NCBI RefSeq assembly: GCF_000315625.1
Contig: NW_005434669.1
Span: forward strand, 775,138 to 839,137
DNA length: 64,000 nucleotides
Reading direction: 5' to 3'
Source: Guillardia theta CCMP2712
Taxonomy: Eukaryota; Protista; Cryptophyta
Shown: positions 1 through 11,930 of the stretch, piece by piece
Position numbering within the stretch: the first letter of the stretch is position 1
How the letters are laid out: each line of letters begins with the position of its first letter
Notes under the pieces: generated by a model
Seen by the model: the letters and a program-made list of their open reading frames with translations, nothing else
Told to the model about the DNA's origin: nothing
Databases searched by the model: none
Translations under genes and position numbers: made by a program

Positions 1-769
1 AGTGGTGCTCATGCGATGAAGACAATGACGCAAAGAACAAGATCAATGTGCGATGGAAGGGCACGGGACGAGTGAAGGAGGAACTAGAGCGATGGCGAGA
101 CTAGTTGAGGCAAGTAATTCTTTTGTATGCACAATGGGGGTGAGAGAAGGCAAAGTACCGGTGTCAAGATTTTCGTCAACAGAGAAGGGGGGTAGCATTG
201 ATGAATGTGTATTTGTATTGGAGTTTCACTATAAGGAATGGAAAGCTTGCCTGCTCGCCCTAATTCTTCAGCTTTTCAAAGGCTATTTGTCTGGTGGGGT
301 ACTCTGTCTTCTACAAGGACTGGGTAGGGTGGGAGGTGGGGGCATAAAGGAAATTATCATTTTTAAAATCGAGGTGGGGTCCATGGGGCGGTATGTAGAT
401 GAGGGTAGGGTAGTGGGGGTCCCGTTTCGCCCATTCGTTGGTTACCGGTGGTTCGGAGTTGAAAGCCGGCTAGGGGACGGGGGTGGAGCAGAGGGGGGTG
501 CAATACTGTTAAGGGAGCTATTCAGAAAAGGGGGTCCTTAGATACGAGTCGATGGGGTGTAAAACTAAATTTGGTCCCCTAGCCTAGAGTGGCTACGAAG
601 CGATGTATGTTTTAAGGCCTGACGACATAATTTGATCTCTTTAAAATGCTCGGATCGCAATCTCTAGCCGCAACAGTCGCGATCCTAATAGAAGATGACA
701 GTCTCTCTCATCACCTGAGTCCGTGGACATCAGCTGTCATGATCTGGCACGCATTCGGCATGGCCGTAG

Positions 770-2075
770 CAATTGGCCCGCCGGGGGCCGGCCCGGGACA
801 CCGTGACAGGCCGCAAGTTGAACTTCCGCCTTCAGTTCCGATCGCCGAAGTTCCCGGAGTCCGGGCCCGGGCCGGGGACTTCAACTTCCGAGTTCGCCGC
901 CGGCGCGGCGGGCCGGGTCCGAGCCCGACCCGGTGCCGGACTCCCAGGCTCGCCCGGCCGACCGTCGGACGGTCGGCACCGTCCGGTCTCAGACTGGGCC
1001 GGCGGCCGGGCAGTGGCGGCCGGGGCCCCCGGCAGCCGAGCTCGGAGTACCCGGCCGTACGGTAGTACCCGGCCGGTACGCCGCCGAGTACCGGGTACGC
1101 CGATAGCCGGCCCGGTTGAACTCCTTTACTCAAAGGTAACGTAGTAAACTGTTCAGTACGAGGACACTACTCAGTGACTACCGGGCCGTAGTACAGTGAG
1201 TAAACCCTAACTGTGACGTGACTTAAACCGTGGCCGCGGCCTAACTTGAGGGCCGGCGGCGGCCCGGCCGCCCGGCGGCCCGGGGGCCGCCATACTAAGT
1301 TGAACCCGGGATCGGACCGGCCGCCGAAGCCCAGTACGGTAGGTTCGGAGCTTTCCAACTACGGCCACTGATGTTATCCGACGCACTGTACTACCGTACG
1401 GTAGGCCGGGAAGACTCAGTCGGGAAACTTCCGAAAGGTCTCTGCGACTTTGACCACAGCGGCCTGACTCAGTGAGGGAAGGGAAGGTGGTGCCACGGTG
1501 CGCAAAGCCTTCAGAGCCATCGCCAAGGGGTCCCCCTGAGAAACTCCCGTGGTGGCCGAAAAAGCCCGAGTCTCTCCGAGCGCCTGATCATCACGGTTTC
1601 AGAAATACCTTACCGGCCTTTACTCAAAGTTAAGTTAAAGATCAGTACGAGGACAATCAGGAGAGTCGAGGAGGCTTGACCCTGACACTGTCGCACAGGC
1701 CAAACGGCGAGAAGAGAAAAGACAGCGAGAACCCAAACTTAACTGATACCTTCACTTAACGGCGCGCAGGACAAGTCCCCCGCGCGGCCATGCCCCGGCC
1801 TGGTCACACGGTGCTCAAAGTTGAGTTGAAGTTAAGTTAAAGATCAGTACGAGGACAATCACTGAGCTCCTGATTGTACGGTCCGACCGTACCGTGATTT
1901 TTCACTTACCGGGCCGAAGTCGGACCGTCGGACTCTGTGACGGTCAAGCCCGGTTTGACCCCCCCGGCCCGGCGGGCGGTGGCACTGTGACGGCGGTCAG
2001 ACGGCGTGCCGGGCTCCGACATGACTGCTGAGTGACTAGTTTGCTCCACTTATGGCTGAGTGCGCGACCGTGAGA
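770..2075. repeat. GC-rich palindrome island 1 with three copies of the 42-bp motif
   Basis: Dense CCGG/GGCC/ACSGT/CTSAG/GTSAC words and no credible ORF. Motif copies at 1125-1166, 1619-1660 and 1814-1860. Confidence 0.8.
1619..1660 (+). repeat. Consensus-like copy of dispersed 42-bp motif TTTACTCAAAGTTAAGTTAAAGATCAGTACGAGGACAATCAG
   Basis: Related copies at 1125, 1814, 12434(-), 12740(-, partial), 12932 (degenerate), 41613(-), 59350, 59448, 60002, 60100, 60650 and 60743. Confidence 0.9.
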
Positions 2076-2375
2076 CTCAAGATAGAGGGCTAGTGAAGGG
2101 GAGACGGGCAAGACAAGGAAACCACCTCTTTTCGGCTCAAATGAAAGATACACCTTTGTCATCAAACATCTGAAAATGCATCTTCTCGAGGCATAAGCGA
2201 CACTAGCCCTGCTCCCGTGAGCAGGTCTCCCCTACTGACTCTCTCGTCCTGATCTTATAGAGGCTCACGACGAGAATCACATCCCGCTCGCCACGCCCAC
2301 ACGTTGATCTCCTCTCCCTCATCTTTGCGATCCCATTCTTGTCACTCAGATTCGCCGAGAATACCTGATACACTC

Positions 2376-2924
2376 ATGACCGAAGACAGCTCTGCAACTG
2401 TTCAGCTCTTCCCCCGTCGCAAGCTTGGCGACTCCGACATCCCCCAGCGAGGTCGTGCTCCTCTCACCATAGACCTCCCCGTCATCCAGTCTCTCTTCAG
2501 CATCCCGCAGGTCGAGGCCTGCAAGGTGCTCGGGGTCTCCTTGACGGCGATGAAGCAGCTTTGCCGGAAGCTGGGGGTCAGCCGCTGGCCCTACACCCGT
2601 CCTTGCACCACCGGACGCCGCCGACATAGAGCGAGGAAGTCAAAGCCCGACACCCAGCCTGAGCAAGCCAAGCCCGTGTGCGAGGAAGCGGTGGCAGACT
2701 GCCAAGGGAAGCAGGAGCTCGAGTCTGCCAGCTCAACGTCACCTGGCTCGTTGTCGGAGGACGACAGTGCTGTAGAGGACGCGGAGGCGTCAGGGGGTTC
2801 TGTAGTCGAGCCGACAGCAGCAGAGGAGGAGGTAACAGAAGGGAGCTGGATGCCGAACACGGGGTGGATCGACTGGTACATGGAGTGTGGAGACGAGGAA
2901 GACGTGTCTCAGAGGCTAATATGA
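2376..2924 (+). CDS. RWP-RK domain transcription factor, copy 1 (intronless)
   Basis: IQSLFSIPQVEACKVLGVSLTAMKQLCRKLGVSRWPY is an RWP-RK signature. First in-frame ATG at 2376, acidic C-terminus, TATA-like CTTATAGAG near 2253. Confidence 0.88.
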   Translation: MTEDSSATVQLFPRRKLGDSDIPQRGRAPLTIDLPVIQSLFSIPQVEACKVLGVSLTAMKQLCRKLGVSRWPYTRPCTTGRRRHRARKSKPDTQPEQAKPVCEEAVADCQGKQELESASSTSPGSLSEDDSAVEDAEASGGSVVEPTAAEEEVTEGSWMPNTGWIDWYMECGDEEDVSQRLI

Positions 2925-3534
2925 TTGGATTCTACGGAAAGTATTCCAGATTACGTCCAATGTAGCGGTTTGTTTTTTATTCCTTTTATTCCTTTTGGTT
3001 TTAGTAGAAATTCTTCCTGAAGTGTCTGTTGAGCTCAAATCAAGGCTCTTCATGAACTCTGCAGTTGCGTTAGCGAATTGCATCGCAATTTCCCGTTTTG
3101 CTAGTCTGCGATCGTCTTCAAACACTTTGACAGCGGAGGCTCATCAGGAACTAAGGTCTCGTTACTCAAAGGCGGTGTGAGGTCGGAGCGTTTGTTCCGA
3201 GACGAAGTTGACCCTTTTAACTGTAACAGTTCACGCCGGGGGCTAATGACCCATTGTTTCCGAACAAATGTCTTTTCAATCTCTATACTCTACATGGATA
3301 TCAGACGATGTGTTTTTTTGAAGAGGTCCCGCCCCAGAAACAGTTTCGAAGTTGCACGGCCCCCCCCCCAAATTGAATCGATGTATGTTTCCTATAAGCC
3401 ATGGATTACCACACAAAAGGGAGGCCGAAGAAACCCAACGATTCATATCTTAGGCAGGGAATAGGAGGAGAGGTCACCACCAACCCTTAAAATTAAAACC
3501 TTAGTTTAGCCCTCCCCGTTCTCTCCAACCAAGA

Positions 3535-4122
3535 ATGCCCCATCCGATCCTCCCATCCACTGTTCAGCTCTTCCCCCGTCGCAAGCTTGGCGACTCCGAC
3601 ATCCCCCAGCGAGGTCGTGCTCCTCTCACCATAGACCTCCCCGTCATCCAGTCTCTCTTCAGCATCCCGCAGGTCGAGGCCTGCAAGGTGCTCGGAGTCT
3701 CCTTGACGGCGATGAAGCAGCTTTGCCGGAAGCTGGGGGTCAGCCGCTGGCCCTACACCCGTCCTTGCACCACCGGACGCCGCCGACATAGAGCGAGGAA
3801 GTCAAAGCCCGACACCCAGCCTGAGCAAGCCAAGCCCGTGTGCGAGGAAGCGGTGGCAGACTGCCAAGGGAAGCAGGAGCTCGAGTCTGCCAGCTCAACG
3901 TCACCTGGCTCGTTGTCGGAGGACGACAGTGCTGTAGAGGACGCGGAGGCGTCAGGATCCGAGCTAGGAGAGCTTTGTGCCCAGGGGGAGGAGGGGTCTG
4001 TAGTCGAGCCGACAGCAGCAGAGGAGGAGGTAACAGAAGGGAGCTGGATGCCGAACACGGGGTGGATCGACTGGTACATGGAGTGTGGAGACGAGGAAGA
4101 CGTGTCTCAGAGGCTATGCTGA
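3535..4122 (+). CDS. RWP-RK domain transcription factor, copy 2 (near-identical duplicate with different N- and C-termini)
   Basis: 3559-4116 is almost identical to 2397-2918 apart from a 36-bp in-frame indel and about 2 substitutions. Confidence 0.75.
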   Translation: MPHPILPSTVQLFPRRKLGDSDIPQRGRAPLTIDLPVIQSLFSIPQVEACKVLGVSLTAMKQLCRKLGVSRWPYTRPCTTGRRRHRARKSKPDTQPEQAKPVCEEAVADCQGKQELESASSTSPGSLSEDDSAVEDAEASGSELGELCAQGEEGSVVEPTAAEEEVTEGSWMPNTGWIDWYMECGDEEDVSQRLC

Positions 4123-4483
4123 GTGCGATGAACGATGAACCAGGCGATACGGAAGTGTTCCTATGTTCTTTTATTTTCAGTATTAGTAGTTGCATCGAGC
4201 AAGTTCCTTGATGACTTGAAAGTTTTGATTTTGTTAACTTGTGTAGGGATTTGTGGGCTGGGTGTTCTCTACATTAATCTTGAGAGTATAGTTTTGTAAA
4301 TATCACATAATCTTTGACTGCACAATGACTTCATTGGCACGCCTTCGTCTGCATTCACTCGATTTCTTCGTGGTTTTCACTCATTCTGGTTTTCACCACT
4401 AATTCATAAGTTTGACTGAAAAATCGACGCAGAAGAAGGAATCAATGATTCAAACAATTGGGGGATTGAGTTGGATTCACTTA

Positions 4484-5795
4484 TCAGGTATTTCTGCTCT
4501 GCAACCAATGCACAAACGTCTGATGCGAGTTTTCCATGTCTCGTAGAAATTCACGAGTTTGATTCTAAATTTACCGTGAGCAAAGGCGAGTGTCTGGAGA
4601 ATTTGAAAGGTTCATACCTCATCCAAGACTTCCGTGGCTCTCATTGCGCTGAGAATCTGTATACAGAAGTCATCTCGGGAAACGATTACACTCTACACAA
4701 GATGCTCACCTGCAACCAAGACTTGACTTTCATTTTGGGCTCGAAATCAGCCCTGAAAGTATCGTGACGCTCATTTGCAGTCGCATATCACTTGCGATTA
4801 CGGTAGTTGGGCAATCTTGTTCAATGCGTTGACAACGTCGGCAGTAAGAGGATGAACCTAGGAAAGGATTGAGTTGAAGCTTGAAAACTTCATGTGTATT
4901 AGTCACTTGATCCACCGCTGTCATCCCGAGACGCAGAGAATCCATGAGCTGTCGAGACGGAAGATCAGCGACTTCGAGCAGCTGTAGAGCCTAAGAGCTC
5001 ACCGTGATAAAACCTTGAACTGCTTCTGCCACAAAGAGTGCAATCTTGCTCGAGTCTTCACCGCCGCCGGCTGAGCACGTGGCAGGAACCCCTGAACCTC
5101 GTTCAGGAAGTGGGTCGGCATGCGGCAGGGTTGGCCCTCACCTGTTGCGAATCTGTTTGCAGCTCGTGCGGCTTTGAGCTGGTATCTTGCAAGGGCATGA
5201 CAACATTGAAGGCTCATCCTCTCACCTTACCTTGACATGAACGTGGGGATCGCCATTGCGGGATTCTGTGAACCAAGCTTCTCAGAGGTGATCGGGTGGG
5301 AGCCAGAGAAAAAGTCTTTAAGCATAGACACAAGTCAACCTGCATGTCGCTGGGGAGGCACTCTTTGAGTGTAGAGAATCGAGGAAGGAGTTTCTGACAT
5401 TCCTACATTCCAGATCACGGATGGAGATAATGGTCATCTAGCAAAGACGTCTCTAACCTTCTCATACACATCTGGTGCTATGGTGCCTCGGATGTACTGT
5501 GTTTCAAGTTTTTCCATGGTTCTAATGATAGCGTAATAGTCCGCGAAGGATTCCATTTCTTGCCTAACAAGGATTAGATTGTCTAACCCAGAAGGACATC
5601 GACAAGCACCTGTTTGAGTCATCTTCTACTTGTAGCTGTTTCTCTAGCTCTTTCTTGATGCTTGGACTTGCTTTGCTTGCAAGCATTCTCGAAGAATCAT
5701 TCTGCAAAGTTATGTAAAACCATCAAATATCTGATGGTAAAAGAATTGAATCTGCATCTCACTTGAGCATGGGCGCCAACATTGTTTTGAGCCAT
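4484..5795 (-). CDS. VPS28: ESCRT-I subunit Vps28 (about 11-12 short exons)
   Basis: Spliced exons give ESFADYYAIIRTMEKLETQYIRGTIAPDVYEKECQKLLPRF, AANRFATGVPAT, LMDSLRLGMTAVDQVHPL and DFEPKMKVKSW. Introns are GT-AG, about 50 nt. Confidence 0.88.
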
Positions 5796-6217
5796 CTACC
5801 ACAAATTCATAAGCTTGCATTAGACACGAGTTTGCATACTCGAGCATTAGTAACACTATACGAAGGAGGAGGTGCACGATATGCTGCCATGCTTCTTGAT
5901 TTCCAAGTTCTACAGCGCGCGATTGGAAGATTTCATGTGTGCGAAATTTTCCTGGAATTCAGTCTTATCAAGAACACATCCTTTCAAGATAGGCAACATA
6001 ACAGCACTTCCACCCTTTCTCACTCCAACTTTGATTTGAGATTATCCTCTCCTCTTTTCTGAACTCCCTCCCTCCTGTCCCATTCTCTCCGCTTCCCATC
6101 ATCGCTGCTCCCGCTTCGCTACAGCTGCTGCCATGGGCATTTGTAGCATGTTACAAATGCCCGTCGGACAACTTGAAACTTTCTCCAACAATTTGAAAAC
6201 TATGGAAGATATTCGAC

Positions 6218-6240
6218 CGGGCCCAGTAAAGGGCCGGGCC
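6218..6240. promoter_or_regulatory. Site-II-like GGGCC(C) elements in the VPS28/RPS14 divergent promoter
   Basis: CGGGCCCAGTAAAGGGCCGGGCC. TGGGCY-type elements are typical of plant ribosomal-protein promoters; function here is inferred. Confidence 0.3.
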
Positions 6241-6791
6241 TTCGCCAGTGATGCCCTTGTCAGTTATCAGCAAGGTTATGAGTCCTCATAGCTGGGTGGC
6301 CCTCCTCCCCCAACAGTCCCTTAAAAAAAACCGAGAACGTGCGTGCGCCGCAAGCCAGCAAGAGGTGATGGCGGATGGAGATGGAGAAGGAGGAGGAGAG
6401 GAGGAGGAGATGATGCGACGATCTGATGTTCATGATCTGATGAGCTGAGATTTCATCGTGAACATTGCTGTGATGTGGCTCGGAGACGTTTTCCATATGA
6501 TCAGAACACAGAGGAGGAAGGACGTGGGGTGGATGTGGGGGAGAGGGAATGCGAAGATCGGGCAACTAATTGCTGCACGTCTTGATGTGGACATGATTGA
6601 ATCTAATGCTACTTGTGCGTGAAGCATGAAGATGAGAATTATGTGCTTTATATGTTTTGCTGCAGAGCAATGATGTGTTTTTGTATTACAGCGTATTTGA
6701 TTGTGGAGTTGACCTTGTCTGATATTCTTGTTGAAGTTCGTGTTCGCTTTTGTCTGCCTTGAAGTCTGACGATTATTGCAGCAACTGAACA

Positions 6792-7241
6792 ATGCCCCCC
6801 AAAGCTGAGAAGAAGGAGGAAGCCGCCGTGTCCCTCGGACCTCAGAAGAACGACGGAGAGCAGGTCTTCGCCGTCGCTCACATCTTCGCTTCCTTCAACG
6901 ACACTTTCGTTCACGTTACTGATTTGACCGGACGTGAAACTCTCGTCCGTGTCACTGGAGGCATGAAGGTTAAGGCGGATCGTGACGAGTCCTCCCCGTA
7001 CGCTGCTATGCTTGCCGCCCAGGATGTTGCCACCCGATGCAAAGAGCTCGGCATCACTGCCTTGCACATCAAGATCCGCGCTACCGGTGGAGTCAAGACC
7101 AAGACTCCTGGACCAGGAGCCCAGGCTGCTCTCCGCTCCCTTGCCCGTTCCGGCATGAAGATCGGGCGCATTGAGGACGTTACTCCCGTCCCCACCGATT
7201 GCACCCGAAGGAAGGGTGGTCGCCGTGGTCGCCGTTTGTAA
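6792..7241 (+). CDS. RPS14: 40S ribosomal protein S14 (uS11)
   Basis: [23 protein letters not shown]...[20 protein letters not shown]...[11 protein letters not shown]. Confidence 0.98.
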   Translation: MPPKAEKKEEAAVSLGPQKNDGEQVFAVAHIFASFNDTFVHVTDLTGRETLVRVTGGMKVKADRDESSPYAAMLAAQDVATRCKELGITALHIKIRATGGVKTKTPGPGAQAALRSLARSGMKIGRIEDVTPVPTDCTRRKGGRRGRRL

Positions 7242-7449
7242 GAGAGGAGCGCTCCTCTCGGTCTCGGCTGCGGGATCAGTACTTGTTCAGTCGCGCACGA
7301 CGGCAGCTCAACAAGAAATTCATGTTGTTTTTCTCCTTCCCTGATGCTCCCTGGCGTGCTATCCGTCCTCTTTATTCTCTAGTAAACGGATTTGGCTGCA
7401 ATTTCATTGCTGATTCTGGGGACCCCAACCTTACAAGCTTGTAGACAAA

Positions 7450-8830
7450 CTCGTTGTCACTTCCGTTGCACTATTCCACGACTGTGTGAGATTGGTCAAC
7501 TAACAAAGATACGAATAGACCTGATAGACAGTCCATGCCATCATTACCTGTGCATCTCTTGATTGGACCTGTAAATTGTCGGTACGCTCCCATGAAATGG
7601 ATTCATGATTCACCTTCTTTGTGATTATCTTCGCAACATCTCTTTCTAAATTTCCATCTTTGTACAGTATGGCAATTTTTTGCATTAAAGATGTCACCTG
7701 CCATTCAGTTTGAGTCAAGAAAAAAATTCTCGCTAAAACCTCGGCATCTGTCGGCTTCGAAGGAGACGATTTCTAACCATATCAGCGTCAGATACAACCT
7801 CAGCGGGCATCAATTGATTTACCTTTGTTGATGCGGACAGTGAAGATCGTTTTGATTCAGGAGCACGATGATCGGATCGACTGGTTTCAGCTTCAAACTT
7901 TTTCTTTGGCAGATTTTGAGGCTTTTCAGTGAATGTGGGCGATGTTTACCTGCTTCTGGAGCTTGACAAGGGTGAATCTTATGAGCAAGTCATTCGCAAG
8001 CAGTGGCGCCATCAGTTTGGCAGTGAACTGACCCGTCCTGACCACGTCTGTATGATGGTGTTGCTGGCTCTGTGAAGGCAACTGTCAGCTTAAGATATGC
8101 AGGGCAACGAGGGAGGACCGTAACATTCTTTTCGCTTGCTGCGAGAGGTTCCTGTAAGATCTGCATTGCAGCAGCAGGAGCTCAACCAGTCAGTCCCCGT
8201 GGAGAACTGCTGTCGCATCGTTCACCTGTCGTGTCGAGGGGCGCAGTGTTGCCGCTGCTGTAAGGGTTATCACAACTCAATAACAAGCATGAGGTATGGC
8301 AAACCCGAGATGTCGCAGGCCAGAGGAGCCGTTCGCTGACCAACCCAGTAAGAGAGGACATGGGGAACTGAGCCTTACATGATCCTCGATGGTGACTTGT
8401 TGCACATTGTCATTGACACTTTCAGATTGAGAGCAGGCGTCACGGCAAAGATTTTGAAAAAGGAACAATCTCACCCACAGCAGCCTAGCATGTTTGATCG
8501 TGTCTCCTTCTCCCATTCTATCAGGCTATTTTGAATCCACTCAAGCATCATCAGACGAGACTGATTGGAACATGATCCAGTTGGCGACACGACCCCTTTT
8601 TCGGGGTATTAACTGAGTTCGTCCATTCCTGTAAACATACAGCAATTCATCAGCAGGGTAACTTGTAAATGATCCGCTCGGAACACACGATCGGACTTTA
8701 CTCCTGACAAAGATTTTGAACGGTCCATCTGTTCACTCTGCGTGAGATTCCTTTTCCTGACTTGCGTCCGACTTGCACTGCGGACAGTATTTCCCTATTT
8801 CTGTCTGCTTTCTTTCTTGTCTGATCCGAT
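7450..8830 (-). CDS. Hypothetical multi-exon protein (boundaries uncertain)
   Basis: Several minus-strand GT donors and AG acceptors with short coding-like segments (e.g. LMQKIAILYKDGNLERDVAKIITKK). No recognised domain. Confidence 0.35.
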
Positions 8831-9019
8831 CCTTCTCCCGGCGCGGCTGTGCGGCTTAATACCGTAACTGCTTGAGTCTCTATACTATGATACCAAGTAG
8901 CGGCTGAGCGGCACCGCGGCAGTGACTTATGATCCGCCGCATCAACTTCAGCGCCGCCGAGCCCCTGGAAGCGCTGCGCAGCTGTGGCTACTTCTGTACT
9001 CTTCGCCCTTTTCTCCTTA

Positions 9020-9215
9020 CAACGGTCCCCCGGACTCACCCGTCAAACTTTGAAAAGAAAAGCACGTAAAAGAGTCTTCAGTCAGCGTGACTCACTCAGT
9101 CACTCGGGCCTGACTGAGGGCCCGGGCCCGGCGGGGGCCCCGGATTATCCAGGCCGGGTCCGAGCGGCCCCGAACGGACCGTGTCAACCCGGGCCGGTGA
9201 CCCGACACGTCAGAT
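9020..9215. repeat. Small GC-rich palindrome island 2
   Basis: TCAGTCAGCGTGACTCACTCAGTCACTCGGGCCTGACTGAGGGCCCGGGCCCGG uses the same word vocabulary as the other islands. Confidence 0.65.
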
Positions 9216-9817
9216 TCTGATCACCAACCTTTACCACCCACCCTCGACAACTTGGGAAGGGGGTACTGGACGCATGAAGGGATCTTGACCCTGAAATGGT
9301 GGTTGCAGTCGTCTAGAGGCTGAAGAAGGAGAGCAGGAGGAGGGCAAGGGTAGTCGACGAGAGAGAGGATGGCAACGATGCTTCGGCTGAGGTTTGACCG
9401 TTGGTAGAGGGACATGTGTTGTGCGCATGTGGAGGGACAAGGAGGGTGGGCGAAAGAGGGGTTGACGAAGAAAAACAGAAGATAGGAATGGAACATTAGA
9501 TGGTCTTGGGTTTTACTCGTTCATAGATTTAAGATGAGAAACAGAATGGTTCGGTGGTAAATGATGTGATGGATGTTGAAGGAGTTTGCAAGGGATGTTT
9601 GGCTTAGCTGCTGTTATTCGAATCTCAGTCTTGGAGTTCCGCTTGCTGTTGTCTGCACTTTGCATGGTATTGCTGATGGGCGAGTGTACTATGACGAGGA
9701 TCATGTTTGTCTTGCCGACCCTTACCATAGCAGAAACGTTCACAGTGAATGATTTTGAAGCTGCTATCATGCGTTTTTGTTTCATTGACGCCATCGTTGT
9801 CATCAGCGTTTTGCAAG

Positions 9818-10515
9818 ATGATTCGACGCATCATCACCGCTGTTCTGGTGTTCATGTTCTTGATGGCGGGCGCCAACAAGGTCTCGCCGCACATCAATGC
9901 AGAGATGCACAACCACCTCTCAAAGGCGTTTCCCCCCATGGGAAAGGTGCGCCGTCCTGCTGTTTGCTCGTGTGATGGCTCATGGATTGATTGCTGTTGC
10001 ACGCGTTAGATGTGGAGCGGTCTCCTTCGAGACTTCCTCGCTTCCTTGAAGCAGGAGCAATACCATGATCTCATCGAGAAGAATCTTCTGGACGATGGTT
10101 CCGGCAGTTACAAAATGTTCATGACCAACCTTGGGTACATGTGGTTTCTCATTGATTTATCGTTTCTTATTTTCTCCTCGTTAGATACGTCGAAGTAGTG
10201 TGCGCTGTGCTGTTGATGACCCCGCTTAGTCCCCTGCCCTCGCTGATCCTCTTTCTCATCATGATCGCTGCAACCTATACGCATCATGTGATGAAGGAAC
10301 CGGTCACTATGCTTTTGCGAGCAAGCAAACGATACTAATCCTTCAACGTGTTGCATCGACAGATAGTGGTAACTGTCGGACTGATGGTCCTGTTTGTCGT
10401 GCGCGCATTGCTGCCAGGTGACTTCGTTCAAAAGGGTGTTCGTCTGTTGTTTGATTACACATTTTCAGTACCGAAGTCTGCCGGCAAAAAAGTTGTCAAG
10501 CCGAAGAAATCGTAG
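9818..10515 (+). CDS. DoxX-like / TMEM35-type small membrane protein (5 exons)
   Basis: Spliced product MIRRIITAVLVFMFLMAGANKVSP...LGYVEVVCAVLLM...LILFLIMIAATYTHHVMKEPIVVTVGLMVLFVVRALL...KPKKS. About four hydrophobic segments and a C-terminal KxKxx ER-retrieval-like end. Confidence 0.7.
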
Positions 10516-10938
10516 ATGACTTTGTGTGTTTTGAGCATCACTTGAATCAAAGAGATCTTAAATAGATTGCAATGTTAATCAGTAAAATGAATCTTGAGCT
10601 GCAACGGCCATATCGCCCAGCAACGTTTGAACACGTTTTGGGCAAATTCGCTTGGAAATGAAAAGTTTCTCTTCTATTCCGTTGTTGTGGTATTCCTTGT
10701 CAATCAGCTTTGGTTTTCTGGGAGAGCCAATCGTTTTGTTTTAGCCACCATGGCATTCTATTTAATCGATGTGATACAATTTGCATTTCACTTGCGCTGA
10801 TCGCAAGTGATGTGATGATGCTCTTCTGATGGGCTTCGACTAGTTCATACGATCCATCTCTGTCTGTCACTGTCTGTTCAACAAGAACTCTGACCAAACT
10901 TGTGCGTGACCTATCTAGCAGCAATTGCTTCCGGGAGA

Positions 10939-11930
10939 CTAGAGGACCGAAGGATCGTCCATCATGGCAGCAAAGTAAGCCGGGATGAGCAATACTGCTG
11001 CTGTCCAGCAAGCAGTCTCCACGCCTTGAAGCTTAAGGGAGAATTTCAGCAACTGCGTTGAGAGCACTCCCACTGGAAAGTCTCCATACTGTGCAAGGTC
11101 ATACAGGGCAAGCTGGAACACAAAGCTGAAAATGTGCAGAACAACGAACAACGCCTTTTGTTGAAACAGACCAGCCGCACCAACGACGATGCCGTAAAGT
11201 CCTAACAGCATTGTGAAGACTCCGTCTGCTAACACAAGGTCTCTTCTGCTGACGAAGAAAGGCGCCGCAGTCGTGACGGGGACCGATGCTTCTCTCATCA
11301 ACACGGCAATCGCCATCTCGCTGCATCCTTTCAACAGCACCAGGAAGCTGTAAAATACAACGAGCCCTCTCAGCACGGCGTTACTGAAGGCTTCGGTAGG
11401 CTCTTTCTTGAAATCCTGTTTGTAGAAGTGAAGGGTCAGACAGAACTGCCCACTGAGCAGCGCTGTGCCATTGGCTATCATATACAGCATGCACATCATT
11501 TCAAACTTGACAACTGACGGGTTTGAGGAGTATAATTTGGCCTCGAATGCCCAAGTTCCAAACATCATGGCAGCTAATGTAAAGATTCCAAAAACTCCTT
11601 GTAAAGACAACACAAAGATGGTAAAACCTTTGCTCTTGACGTTCAACAACACAGCGGTAATTCCGAGGGTAAGTCCTCCGAGTCCCATGCATAGCATGCA
11701 CAATCCCGATATGAGGAGGACGACTGGCGGATACACAACACCGCTTCCTTTGTAGTTCGACAGATTGTCGTGGCTGGAATATAGATTCGCATATTCGACA
11801 CCCAAAAGAACTAGCATGAAAGAGAAAAGAACAAGAAATGCCGATATTGCTGACGCTTGAAATGATATGTTTCCATGATTTCCTCTTGTGGGCTCTTCTT
11901 GTTTTTCAGAAGATTCTTGAACGGGCATTG
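10939..11930 (-). CDS. Multi-pass membrane protein of unknown family
   Basis: Long ORF (10939-12123) with about 8 hydrophobic segments. The likely start is near MPVQESSEKQEEP, and there may be one small in-frame intron near 11020-11070. Confidence 0.7.

Noticed and set aside
53-541. 162-aa ORF, and similar ORFs at 13551-14195 and 41072-41653
   Set aside because: They lie in G-run/C-run zones, have compositionally biased translations and contain no domain.
646-1358. Overlapping Arg/Pro/Gly-rich ORFs in islands (also 12467-12770, 20678-21271, 55053-55645, 58552-60706)
   Set aside because: Stop-poor GC-rich DNA is open in several frames, and tandem copies differ by frameshifting indels, so there is no coding constraint.
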